DNA of 64,000 nucleotides from Octopus bimaculoides (lineage: Eukaryota). Positions 25,073 to 37,114 of the stretch are shown in pieces. The number at the start of each line of letters is the position of its first letter. The first letter of the stretch is position 1. Where the stretch lies: NCBI RefSeq assembly GCF_001194135.2, contig NC_068983.1, forward strand, positions 58,506,405-58,570,404, written 5' to 3'. Below the pieces are notes generated by a model. The model saw only the letters and a list, made by a program, of their open reading frames with translations. It had not been told where the DNA came from and ran no database searches. Made by a program: the position numbers and the translations under genes.

Positions 25073-25640
25073 CACTCAAACCTTAACTTCTCCTCCGTCT
25101 ACCCTACCCACACCAAGCCCTACCCTCCCCTACTCCAAAATTCCTCCATCTACACAGNNNNNNNNNNTATTTGTACAGATATGATTTCGGTCATAGAGTA
25201 TGATTGTGTATACATACACACTAACTCACACTCAAACCTTAACTTCTCCTCCGTCTACCCTACCCACACCAAGCCCTACCCTCCCCTACTCCAAAATTCC
25301 TCCATCTACACAGGCTCTGCAGTGACAACCTTGACTTTGAGACTCAGTCTCAAATCATGGCTCACCATTTCATCCTTTGTGGATATCCCCTCATCACTAT
25401 CCACACAGCCCTTGCCAGAGCATGTTCTGTGGACCGTGCCTCTGTTCTCTCTCCCTGCACCCACCCCACCATTGCCCCTCAACTACCGCCCCTCCAAAGC
25501 ATCATTCTCCCAGCTTTCTGGTGACCCCAGTCCAACCCCACCACCTTTCACATCTTCCCCAACCTACCCCGTCCCTCCTTCAAATGAGCCCACAATCTGC
25601 ATGACCTCCTGGTCCACAGTTTCTTTCCAGAATCCTACCT
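25073..25640 (+). mobile_element. Penelope-like RT thumb and RT-EN linker remnant (frameshifted)
   Basis: TDSHSNLNFSS..PYS-KFLHLHRLCSDNLDF..HFILCGYPLITIHTALARA..QSNPTTFHIFPNLPRPSFK*AHNLHDLLVHS matches the recalled PLE pattern KPTDSHxYL..IPYSQFLRLRRICS..RGYP..LQxDPTT..LRDxLV. Confidence 0.85.
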
Positions 25641-26239
25641 CCCAGCCTGGCTTGAATAGAGGTTTGAGGAAAGAAGAATGTACAATAGGGTGAGACTTAA
25701 AAGTGATGTATGTTATATGTGAGTCACTTGAATCATTATAAGAGATTGCTATTTGAAAATGTTGAAATGATACAGTTGAGTTAAACATCATGTAAATAGA
25801 GAGACAAAACTGAAAAATGTGAATATGGATAATAGTTTTGTAGCAACGTACTATTACCTATACAGATTGGTAGTCAAAAGGATGTAATTCATTTAGAATA
25901 ATAATCTGAAGAGAATGGTTTTGAAAAAATATAATATTATTGAGTGTGCTTGGAAGAAAGAGTTTAAAATCACAATAAGATTGAAGATAAGATGAAAAAT
26001 GGAAAGGGAGATGAAATGAAATAGATATAATGAGATTTTTTTAATGTTTTATATACAGGCATGTATATATATATAGATAAATATATATGTATGTATGTAT
26101 GCATGTATGTATATATATATGCATATATATATGTATGTATGTGTGTGTTTGTGCGTGTGTATATGTGTATATATATGTATATGTATATATATGAATATAT
26201 ATACATATCTCTCCGTCTATCTATCTATCTATCTATCTA

Positions 26240-26304
<65 letters not shown>

Positions 26305-27301
26305 CCACATATATATACATATATATTTATATTAAACCCACATATATATACATATATATTTATATATATACACACACACACATACACACATACATGCAGA
26401 CATACACATATGCACACAGAAAATAATGGTAGTTTAGAAATTTGCTAATAAAGAAAGGTTGTTCACAATCCGTTTAATTTGAATGGTGTTTGTCAAGTTG
26501 TAGTGTTAAAGTTAACAAGGAGGTTATGTGGTGATGTAAACTGCAACAGAGATGAAGATAATAAAATTGTGGTGATTACATAAAGTTAAAGTGAATTAGC
26601 TTACTTCATGTGGAGCAATGTTAAATTCTTGTATATTAGTAAATTGTGTATATGTGTACCGTGATGAAACAACATATGCTGTAGAAATGAGATTTGGTAT
26701 GAGTGTAAATAAGATGTTACAAAATATTTAGTCTGAGAAGAAAACTATGGAACTAAAGAATGAAATAATAGTTTCAAATTTTTGCTCAAGGCCAGCAATT
26801 TTAGGGGAGGAGTTAAATCGATTACATCAATTCCAGTGCCTTACTAGTATTTATTTTATCAACCCCGAAAGGATGAAATACGAAGTTGACTGCTGTTTAT
26901 ATTAATTATATATGTATATACACATATACTCCTTTTTGTTACTATTGTAACCATCATACCCCTACTTTCTCAAAAAAACCTTCTTCCTTGGTTTTTAAAT
27001 TTTATATTCCTTTTGGAGTTGAATCTCAAAATCCTTTCTTAGTCATTCTCTATATTTCTGTTAGCAGTATGGTTTGGGCAGCTGTGTAAATGGCAGCTGT
27101 GTATATCACTGTCACCTAATGCTAACACCAATCCCAGTAACTTACTGTTTCCTAGGCCAAGTGATAAATGTCTAAGATATCTACCAACTTTCATACTTGT
27201 GAGTTTTCTTTTATTTGCATTTTCCTTTTTGGTCCTACGTCATCTAATACGTACTTCACTTAGTTCTTACATAGCAACTGGCTCCGAATGCACATCTGTG
27301 C

Positions 27302-27333
<32 letters not shown>

Positions 27334-27373
27334 GTGAGGTATATGTGTGAGTGCGTCTTGAAGTTTCACCCAC

Positions 27374-27413
27374 CAGAGTAGGGCAAGAAGTTTTATGATA
27401 CTGGAAAGAATTC
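27374..27413 (-). CDS. Candidate 40-nt micro-exon (xILSSIIKLLALL or NSFQYHKTSCPTL)
   Basis: Strong acceptor tgtttctttttccttttatttggcag, donor CTG|gtgggt; two frames open. Confidence 0.3.
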
Positions 27414-27844
27414 CTGCCAAATAAAAGGAAAAAGAAACAGAGACATTCTTGGCTATGTAATTGATAATACTGCCAGAACAGGATTGTAAGGTCAAAGTTG
27501 TTACAATCATGTATGACTGAATGAATGAATGAATGAATATATGCATATATGTATGTATGTATGTATACATGCATATGTATGTATGTATTGTTACTATTTA
27601 GTTTTATTTCTAGATTTCTTGCCAATGGAAAAAGAACTGGTTTCTAACCTAGATCGAAGTCTCTTTCACTAGAGTTTCAACATCAACCGTGTTGTTGTGT
27701 ACGTATGTGCATATATGTGCAAGGATTTGGAATCAGTGCATGTGAAGATTTGTATGTTTGCTTTTAGCTATGTATACACATACATATAGTTTCATGCCGA
27801 AATACATTCATACGTATTTGTACATTTCCAATATAACAGATATA

Positions 27845-28075
27845 TAATTGTTAAAGAGGACAACATATGTTAAAACAGGGCAAACATCTCAAGTCAGATA
27901 CATTATTATTATTGGAAAAAAAAATTGCAGTCTGACAGCTGTTACTAGGATATCCCAGAGTATGGGATATCCCAGAAACAGCCGTAAGACGTTGAATTTT
28001 TTTTCCAATAATAATAATGTATATGACTTGAGATGTTTGCCTTGCCTTAATGTTTGTTGTCCTCTTTAACAATTA
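27845..28075. repeat. 231-bp near-perfect palindrome with 5-nt loop (27958-27962)
   Basis: Arms are symmetric about 27960 (27845+28075 = 27948+27972); the two near-identical opposite-strand ORFs in the track confirm it. Confidence 0.95.
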
Positions 28076-29232
28076 CTAGCAGTATAACCCGGCGCTGCTC
28101 GGGATTAAGCTAGGATTATTAAATGATTAAGTCCTTTGTTTCAAACCAAAATAAGTAACATCGATATCAGATTTGAGCGAAATCCGTTGAAATTGGTTTG
28201 GCTGAAAATGGTTTGCTGGCAATTTGATTGGGAAATCCCATAAGGAATCAGTTTATTGATTATTTTCACTTATTGACTCTTTTTTTTAAATGTTGCATTA
28301 GNNNNNNNNNNNNNNNNNNNNNNNNNNNNNNNNNNNNNNNNNNNNNNNNNNNNNNNNNNNNNNNNNNNNNNNNNNNNNNNNNNNNNNNNNNNNNNNNNNN
28401 NNNNNNNNNNNNNNNNNNNNNNNNNNNNNNNNNNNNNNNNNNNNNNNNNNNNNNNNNNNNNNNNNNNNNNNNNNNNNNNNNNNNNNNNNNNNNNNNNNNN
28501 NNNNNNNNNNNNNNNNNNNNNNNNNNNNNNNNNNNNNNNNNNNNNNNNNNNNNNNNNNNNNNNNNNNNNNNNNNNNNNNNNNNNNNNNNNNNNNNNNNNN
28601 NNNNNNNNNNNNNNNNNNNNNNNNNNNNNNNNNNNNNNNNNNNNNNNNNNNNNNNNNNNNNNNNNNNNNNNNNNNNNNNNNNNNNNNNNNNNNNNNNNNN
28701 NNNNNNNNNNNNNNNNNNNNNNNNNNNNNNNNNNNNNNNNNNNNNNNNNNNNNNNNNNNNNNNNNNNNNNNNNNNNNNNNNNNNNNNNNNNNNNNNNNNN
28801 NNNNNNNNNNNNNNNNNNNNNNNNNNNNNNNNNNNNNNNNNNNNNNNNNNNNNNNNNNNNNNNNNNNNNNNNNNNNNNNNNNNNNNNNNNNNNNNNNNNN
28901 NNNNNNNNNNNNNNNNNNNTCTCTCTCTTTCTTTCTTTCTCTCTCTCTTTCTTTCTCCCTCTCTTTCTTTCTTTCTCTCTCTCTTGCTCTCTCTCTTCTT
29001 CACGCGCGTACGCACAAATTTGACTTCGCCATGTCAACAAACTTCAAAATTGGTAAAAGTTTATCGATTTTTACAGCTATACGCGGGTGCCTCTGTGAGA
29101 AAAAGTTGACAAAAACACAAATAGGGTCATGAACAATGTCCTCCTAAAATTGGAGCGACATGCGTGCTAATTTGTGGACGTGCCTAACCCACATTACGTA
29201 CACACACACACAACCATCTTGTGTTTTATAGA
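28076..29232 (-). mobile_element. Non-autonomous Helitron-like element spanning an assembly gap
   Basis: Minus strand starts A|TCTATAAAAC (29232; alternative start 29238), carries a (TG)n tract, and ends with hairpin cccgagcagcgccggg then ttatactgCTAG|T (28076). Continuity across the gap is assumed. Confidence 0.7.
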
Positions 29233-29235
29233 TAT

Positions 29236-29296
<61 letters not shown>

Positions 29297-29578
29297 CTTA
29301 TTTATTTATTTATACATATATATACATACACACATATATATATATAGAAGTTCAAATAAAAGTAACAAACCTCATTAAGGGATAGCAAAATCCTGTGAAA
29401 GTACTGGTTAGTTACCTATACGAAGAATGTTGAACATTACAGTTAATATTCAACTGTAAGGTAATATATACATATACATACAATCATACATACATACATA
29501 CACACACAACACACACATACACACACACATATGTATGTATATATATGCATATACATACATATATATAGACACACACAC

Positions 29579-29653
29579 ATATCTGGTGAGAGAGGATGGG
29601 CATAGGTGGAACACCGCTGATAACAGTTTCCTGATTCAGGATCACTGTCAGAA
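29579..29653 (-). CDS. Candidate 75-nt symmetric exon (xLTVILNQETVISGVPPMPILSHQI or SDSDPESGNCYQRCSTYAHPLSPD)
   Basis: Acceptor gcttttttgcgttaactcttttcag, donor gtgtgt (weak, at a TG repeat); unique sequence between microsatellites; two frames open. Confidence 0.35.
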
Positions 29654-29876
29654 CTGAAAAGAGTTAACGCAAAAAAGCACAACTATAACTACTGCTACTA
29701 CAACGACTACCACCACCACTAACACCATTACTACCACTAATACAACTACCACAGCCGCCACGACCAGCACCATCAACAGCAATGCATATTACCAACACCT
29801 CTACAAGTACCACCACAACCACCACCACTATTACCATTACTGCTGCTGATGTTGCTGTTGCTGGTGGTGGTGGTGG

Positions 29877-29910
<34 letters not shown>

Positions 29911-31338
29911 GCTGCAGCTGCTGCTGCTGCTGTCTGAAGAATCTTGTAGAATGAAAGCAAAATAGCTACTTGTAGATAGATAATGGCACTTTGAAAGCAG
30001 AAATTCTCATTAGAAGAATGAGGCGGAGGAGGAGTGGGGGCCGGATGAGGAGGACATGATCAAAGAAGTTGAAACTTATTGAATATTTTACAAGTTTAAA
30101 TATTCTTGCTATTTGATATTGTAAAGGAATCAAAGATATTCATGGAAGAAATGGGAGAGAGAGAGAGAAGGAAAGAGAGAGGGAGAGTGAAAGAGAGTGA
30201 GAGAGAGAGAGTGAGAGAAAGTGAAAGAGAGTGAGAGTGAGAGAGAGAGAGAGTGAAAGGTGGAGGAGAGGAGAGAGGGGAGAGGGAGGAGAGAGGGGAG
30301 AGGGAGGAGAAATAGAGGGATGTTCATAAGAGAATTGGAAAAGGCTGAGACATTGAGAGAGAGAGAGAGAGGTAAAGAGAAAGAGGAAAAGGGAGAGAAA
30401 GACAAAGAAGGAGAGAGAGTCTCATAAGAGAATTAGAAAAGGCTCTCACACACACACACACATATATATACAGAGAGAAGGAGAAAGAGTGGAGAGAGAG
30501 AGGGAGTGAAAGAAAGAGAAGAGAAAGTTTCATAAGGCAATTGGAAAAGGCTAAGACATATAGAAGGAAACAGAGAGAGAGAGAGACTGAAGGAAAGAAA
30601 GAAAGACTAGAAGAAAAACAGAAAACAAGAAAGAAAGAGAGGAAAAGGAGGAAAACAAACAGAATGAGAAAAAGCGCAATAGGGAGAGAGAGTGAGAGAG
30701 AGAAGGAATGACAGAGGGAGTTAAGGTGAGAGAGAAGAAGAGAAAGAAAGATAGAGACAGAGAGAGTTGAGGTGAGAGAGAAATTACCCTTAAAATAAAT
30801 AAATTAACAAACAAACAAAAATGAATATTTATTTTCCAGAAGATTCTAATTAATGCCATTTCCAATATCACCAAAGAATCTTTTCAGCTTTAGTTTGTAA
30901 CAAATTAAAAATTCAGCCTTTATCCTTTCTTAATCTTGTTGCTTGGGCTTTTTTGTTTTTGTTTTATTGTAATTGTTTTTATAAGTTCTTGTGATATTTT
31001 CTTTGTTTATTCTTTTTTTTTTAAATGTATGTTTGAAGAAAAAAAAAATTGTTTTGTTTTTGTTTAAAATATTTTTTTCCCTTGGATTTTTTTTTCATTG
31101 TTTTTTTTTTTAGTTTTCTTTTTAATCTTTATTTGTTTGTAAGTTAATAAGATAAGTTTGTCTTTTGACTTTTAGAAGTTTCAAAAGCTATGTATATGTA
31201 TGTATGTAGGTATGTATGTATGTATGTATGTATGCATGTATGTATGTATGCATGGATGGATGTATGGATGGATGGATGTATGCATGTATATATCCATGCA
31301 TGCATGATTTTATGTATGTATGTGTGTATGTATGCATG

Positions 31339-31401
<63 letters not shown>

Positions 31402-31529
31402 ACATATATATATACACACATAATGTGCATATATATATCCATACATTCATGAACTAATGTACTTATATGTGCATGCTAGCATAAATACATATGTGTGTAA
31501 ATATATTTATAAACATATGTGTATGTATA

Positions 31530-31575
<46 letters not shown>

Positions 31576-32789
31576 TATATACACATATATAGATATACAT
31601 ATAACTGAATATATGTATCTCTATATAAAATATTACAAATTTGTATCAAGTATTTTATATTTGTAAAACATTTTTTCATCAAACCTGATATGATGTAAAT
31701 CTCTGTGTGTTATTCTGTGTACACTTTTGTGTGTGTGTGTGAGTGAGAGAGAGAGAGAGAGAAAGAGAAAGAATGTGTGTGTGTGAGAGAGTATGTAAGA
31801 GAGAGAGAGAAAGTGTGTGTGAGAGAGAATAAAAGTGTAAAAGTGCATGTGTGTGTGTGTGAGAGAGAGAGAAAGAAAGTGTGAGTGTGTGAGAGAGAGA
31901 AGAAAAGTGTGTGTGTGTATGTGTGTGCATCTGTACTTAAATATCTAAACAACTGAGTCAATGAGGCAGAATGCATGTTTATTAAACGTGCACATGACCT
32001 TATTTACAATATATATATATATATATATGCCTGTATATTTGATGGTGATAGTGGTGGAGTGCATGTGTGTATATGTGTTGGTGTCTATTTTAATCTTATA
32101 ATTATACAAAGGTAGACATACAAATAATATTAACATATATAAATATTAATACTAAACTAACAGCCATTTTTTTATTAATATTAATATTCATATTCTCTGG
32201 TTTATATGAATATTAGTATTTATACTGTGCAGTGTATTTTGCTCACATATCCTTTCATATGCATCAGATCACATTTTTAAAGTATACTTTAGAGTATTGA
32301 GCACTCAGGGTCTATATATATATATATATGTATGTATGTATATATATATATATATATATNNNNNNNNNNNNNNNNNNNNNNNNNNNNNNNNNNNNNNNNN
32401 NNNNNNNNNNNNNNNNNNNNNNNNNNNNNNNNNNNNNNNNNNNNNNNNNNNNNNNNNNNNNNNNNNNNNNNNNNNNNNNNNNNNNNNNNNNNNNNNNNNN
32501 NNNNNNNNNNNNNNNNNNNNNNNNNNNNNNNNNNNNNNNNNNNNNNNNNNNNNNNNNNNNNNNNNNNNNNNNNNNNNNNNNNNNNNNNNNNNNNNNNNNN
32601 NNNNNNNNNNNNNNNNNNNNNNNNNNNNNNNNNNNNNNNNNNNNNNNNNNNNNNNNNNNNNNNNNNNNNNNNNNNNNNNNNNNNNNNNNNNNNNNNNNNN
32701 NNNNNNNNNNNNNNNNNNNNNNNNNNNNNNNNNNNNNNNNNNNNNNNNNNNNNNNNNNNNNNNNNNNNNATATATATATATATATATAT

Positions 32790-32995
32790 AGTGAGTTCAA
32801 ACAAGAAAAACGATAAAAGAAACAACAAAAAACAACAACGCAAGGACGTGATACAGATATTGTGTTACTGGACGCTCAGGAAAGGAAAGAAAGAAAATTT
32901 GACGTTTCGAGCGAAGCTCTTCATCAGAAATATAGGAAAGTCCAAAGAAGGGAAGACGGAGGGAAAAAATCGCCAACGATATACACGAGGTTATA
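32790..32995 (-). mobile_element. Penelope-like terminal repeat carrying a hammerhead
   Basis: CpG-rich unit next to (TA)n and a gap; same architecture as 340-485 and 60765-60960. Confidence 0.7.
32897..32931 (-). ncRNA. Minimal type I hammerhead ribozyme (dimer type), apparently intact
   Basis: attt-CTGATGA-A-GAGC-ttc-GCTC-GAAAC-GTC-aaat: 4-bp stem I, 4-bp stem II, ACGT palindromic stem III, GUC cleavage triplet; one extra A after the core. Confidence 0.8.
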
Positions 32996-33004
32996 TATAT
33001 ACAT

Positions 33005-33230
33005 CTAATTGTTAATATAGTCACTATTCTTCTCTATGACCGCTTTCAATCTGTCAACGATTTTTTTAATGCCATGTTAATCAAATTGCTTAGGTTTGGA
33101 AGTGAAAAAGGAAAGTAACTCATTTTCAACTTCTCTTGAAGTAAGTCTTAATCCACTCAAATGATCATGTAAACCTCTAAAGAGATGGTAATCTGTAGGC
33201 GTGAGATCCAGCATTTGTTGAGTTAAATGT
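33005..33230 (-). mobile_element. Mariner transposase C-terminal remnant
   Basis: DLTPTDYHLFRGLHDHLSGLRLTSREVENELLSFFTSKPKQFD*HGIKKIVDRLKAVIEKNSDYINN* matches the mariner SPDLAPSDYHLF..FF.SKP..FY..GI..L..RW..VI...G.Y pattern. Confidence 0.9.
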
Positions 33231-33589
33231 AGATACATATGGCAAAACATTTTTCTGAGTTTTACTTTTTGCATTTTGGGATCATAAAAATCAATACATT
33301 TTTGCCCTTTCTTTTCTATTTACAATAAGCTTCAGAGGAAACACCCTTTGAATTTGTTTTTCAAGGGACATAAAAAGCACCAACACTGGTTATCAAGACT
33401 GACAGACAGACAGACAGACAGACAGACACACACACACACGCACACACATACACACACACACTTCAGTTTCTATCTACTAAATCCACTCATAAGGCTTTGG
33501 TCGGCCTGAGGCTATTGTAGAAGACACTTGCCAAAGGTGCTACACAGTGTTGGGAGCAAGCTTCTTACCACACAGCCATCCTCATTGTG

Positions 33590-33795
33590 CAAATCTTTTT
33601 GCTAAACTGAACATAATGGCAGGATGTGGAAAGAAGGTAATGTCTTGAATCTGTGGATTTGTCACGGATATCCGTTTCTAGTCTTCCACATTTACTCATG
33701 ATTAAATTGTCTAGAACTAGTGGTTCTTTCTGATTAAATTCCATTGTGAATTGAATATTGCTGTTAATATCATTTATTAGATTCTTAAATTTCAT
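33590..33795 (-). mobile_element. Penelope-like reverse transcriptase C-terminal remnant
   Basis: INDINSNIQFTMEFNQKEPLVLDNLIMSKCGRLETDIRDKSTDSRHYLLSTSCH matches LNxxHPxIxFTME..LPFLD..TxxYxKxTxxxxYLxxxSxH. Confidence 0.85.
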
Positions 33796-34261
33796 AAGTT
33801 TATTTTCATAGGTTCATAGGAATCTTGGAGTCCATAAGACTTAGTGATCAATTTAAGATTTTGTTGTTAAATTTTATGTGCAATAAATTGGTTATACTTT
33901 TACAATACACAAAATATTTTAACAATTTTAAAAACAATTCCTAATAATATTTAAGTATAAAAAAATATTATATAAATAATTGGATGTTTTTTAAACACCA
34001 AATAGCTATGGGTAACCAGTAGAGTAAAATAGGAATTAAGGGTAATCCATGGGCAAAAATTGGTTGTGAAACATTGATTTAGATCTTGTTGCCATAAAAT
34101 TAAATGAAATCATTAAGGTATCTTTTCCAGCTTTCTTTTAAATAGGTGTAGAATGTGTCTCCAAATATTTGAGTAGGTTCTTTGTGGATTTTGTTCTTCT
34201 CAAGTTAAGGCCATTATCATCAAGTTGGTATATCTAGGGACAACTTTGGTTATTGAGAAAG

Positions 34262-34355
34262 AGGAAGAAGAAGAAGAAGAAGAAGAAGAAGAAGAAGAAG
34301 AAGAAGAAGAAGAAGAAGAAGAAGAAGAAGAAGAAGAAGAAGAAGAAGAAGAAGA
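34262..34355. repeat. Pure (GAA)n microsatellite
   Basis: Direct reading. Confidence 0.97.
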
Positions 34356-35101
34356 GATATGGTGGATGGTGATATGAAAGAGAGAAGAAAAAATGGCACT
34401 TAATTCAACACTTAATTCAAATGTATCTTTAAAACTTTTTCTTTATTTTTTTATCATTTCATTCTTTTGCCTTCTTTTTTCTTAAAATGTCTTTTAAAAA
34501 TGAAAAGCAAATGCAAGAAACAAAAAAGAAATAAATATTTTTAAAAAATGAAAACAAATACAAACATTTAACAACACAATTAAAGTAAAAAAAACTAAAG
34601 GAGAAAGTAAGAAAGAAAAGACAAAGAAAAGAAAGGAAAGAGAGAAAGAAAAGAAGAAAGAAAACAGAAAAATGAAAAAAGATGAAAGATAGAAAGAAAG
34701 AAAAAAGAAAGAAAGAAAGGACAATGCAAGGAAAGAAGAAAAAAGAAAGAAAGGAAGGAAGAAAACAGAAAGAAAGAAAAAAGAAAAAAATGCAAAATAA
34801 AAGAAAGAAAAAAAGAAAAAATGCAAAATAAAAGAAAGGAAAAAAAGAAATTGAAAACAGAAAAGGAAATATAAGAAATTAAGAAAAAAGAAAGAAAGCA
34901 TAAGAAAAGCATGAAGAAAAACAAAAGGAAAATAAAAATTTAAAATAAAATTTAAAAACAGAGAAAAAAGTAGAACTAAAGGAACTTTGAAATTGTAACA
35001 TATTACGGTCATACATTTTTCATGTATTATTATTATTATTGTTATTATTATNNNNNNNNNNCATATTACGGTCATACATTTTTCATGTATTATTATTATT
35101 A

Positions 35102-35142
<41 letters not shown>

Positions 35143-35660
35143 ATCATCATCATTGTTGTTGTTGTTGTACTTGTTGCTGTTGTTGTTGTTATGGTTAATG
35201 TTCTTGTTATTTGGTAAATATTTTTGTTGTTTTCTTTATGTCAAATACCAAAATGCAAATCACTTTGGTGCATTTCATTTTCTGTTTGTGTGTGTGTGTG
35301 TGCTTGTGTGTGTGTTTATGTGTGAGTGTGTGCTTGAGTGTGTATGTGTGTGTGTCCCTGTTGTGGTGGTTGTTAGGGGTTACACTGCGTTGTTTGTATG
35401 TCTGCTCATTGTTGTCGTTGTTTCTTTTGCATAAAATATCTTATACCGTTTTATAGAGTTTTTAGAAGTTGAAAAATGTCAGTCACTTTGTATTATGCCG
35501 CCAGAAAATTTAAAGAAATGGAAAAAAATTGATAAAAGAAATCTTAAAAACCAATGTAAAGAAACAATACGCAAACATGAGGAAAAAAAATTTGGAAAGA
35601 AAAAATTTTTTTTTTAAATTATAATTCAAACCTTTAATTGCAAAAAGAGACTGCAAAGAA

Positions 35661-35692
<32 letters not shown>

Positions 35693-35854
35693 TAATAAAA
35701 ATACTAACAAAAACAACAACCAGAACAGTAACGATGATGATGATGATGATGATAATAATAATAACAACAATACAAGTTAAAAAAAATTGCGGAATATATT
35801 CAAGTTAGATAAATAAGTATTAATGAAACTTAAGTACAACAGAACTGCTAAGTG

Positions 35855-35896
<42 letters not shown>

Positions 35897-35963
35897 AGTG
35901 TGTGTATGTGAGTGTGTGCTTGTATGTGTGTGTATATGTACACATGCACACACACATACATGC

Positions 35964-35999
<36 letters not shown>

Positions 36000-36221
36000 A
36001 TGTGCATGTACATATGTATATACATATATATCATATATTTAGTCTGTCTGTCTGTATATCTACATATATACATACATACATACATACATATATATGTATA
36101 AATGTATGTGTGTATNNNNNNNNNNNNNNNNNNNNNNNNNNNNNNNNNNNNNNNNNNNNNNNNNNNNNNNNNNNNNNNNNNNNNNNNNNNNNNNNNNNNN
36201 NNNNNNNNNNNNNNNNNNNNN

Positions 36222-36284
<63 letters not shown>

Positions 36285-36804
36285 GTATGTATGTATGTAT
36301 ATAGTTGAGACTGTAAAAGAGTGTTATCTATGTATATTTGGAGACAAACTAAAAATTAAAAGGTATCCAATTTGCAAGTTAAAAAATAATCGTTAATCTT
36401 TTCTTTTTCCTAATTTAAACACACCATTCATTGTTCTCAACTGTGCATAAGAGTCTGTGTGTAGAAAAAATGTGTGCATATCTATATACATACTTATACA
36501 CACACACACACACGTGTGTGTATGCATAAATATACATATACACGTATGTACACATACACACACACACACATATATGTGTATATATATATATAATGTACTA
36601 ATCTGTGATAGAAAATTCAACAAAAACAGTACTTCACCTGGTGAAAGGTAAATATTTAAAGGTCACAATACATGTATTAAAGTGCTACTAATAGTTTTAT
36701 ATGTTGAGAAAACTCAAACATATTCTACATACATATATAATTAAAGTTAGATGATTTGCCAATGCATTACCTAAACTACTTAATGCTTCATAATATATAT
36801 AGTT

Positions 36805-37114
36805 CATGGGTTCTCAACCATTTTTTAACTAACTTTGATAGCTTTTTTATTGTATGGACCCCCATAGACATTCAATATCTAAAAACTTCTTTTGTACTTA
36901 TTTTGTTTGTCACACATTAACTTGTGTAGTTTGAACTCTGTAAAATGATAAAGAAACCTAGCTGTTTCATGCAATACATGCATCTTAAACAATATTTTTT
37001 CAGTGGCCCTTAAAATATTATTGTGGATCCCCAATTTACTATTTGTTGTGTGGCCTTCCAAAAAATCTTAAATGGACCCTCAGGGGCCATATGGATCCTG
37101 GTTGAGGACCACTG
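36805..37114. mobile_element. hAT-like MITE, opposite orientation to 14650-14906
   Basis: catgggttctcaacca ... tggttgaggaccactg termini; shared ggaccc/ggatcc internal motifs. Confidence 0.65.

Noticed and set aside
25008-25310. Apparent ~150-bp tandem duplication
   Set aside because: Near-identical copies flank an ~11-N gap, typical of unmerged contig overlap.
25900-25930. CTGAAGAG..TGAAAA motif; similar ones at 29934 and 40434(-)
   Set aside because: No valid stem III or cleavage triplet; expected by chance.
26660-26690. GAAAC-AACATATGCT-GTA near-palindrome
   Set aside because: No CTGANGA plus stem II upstream and no stem I.
35000-35110. Direct repeat across a short gap
   Set aside because: Same scaffolding artefact.
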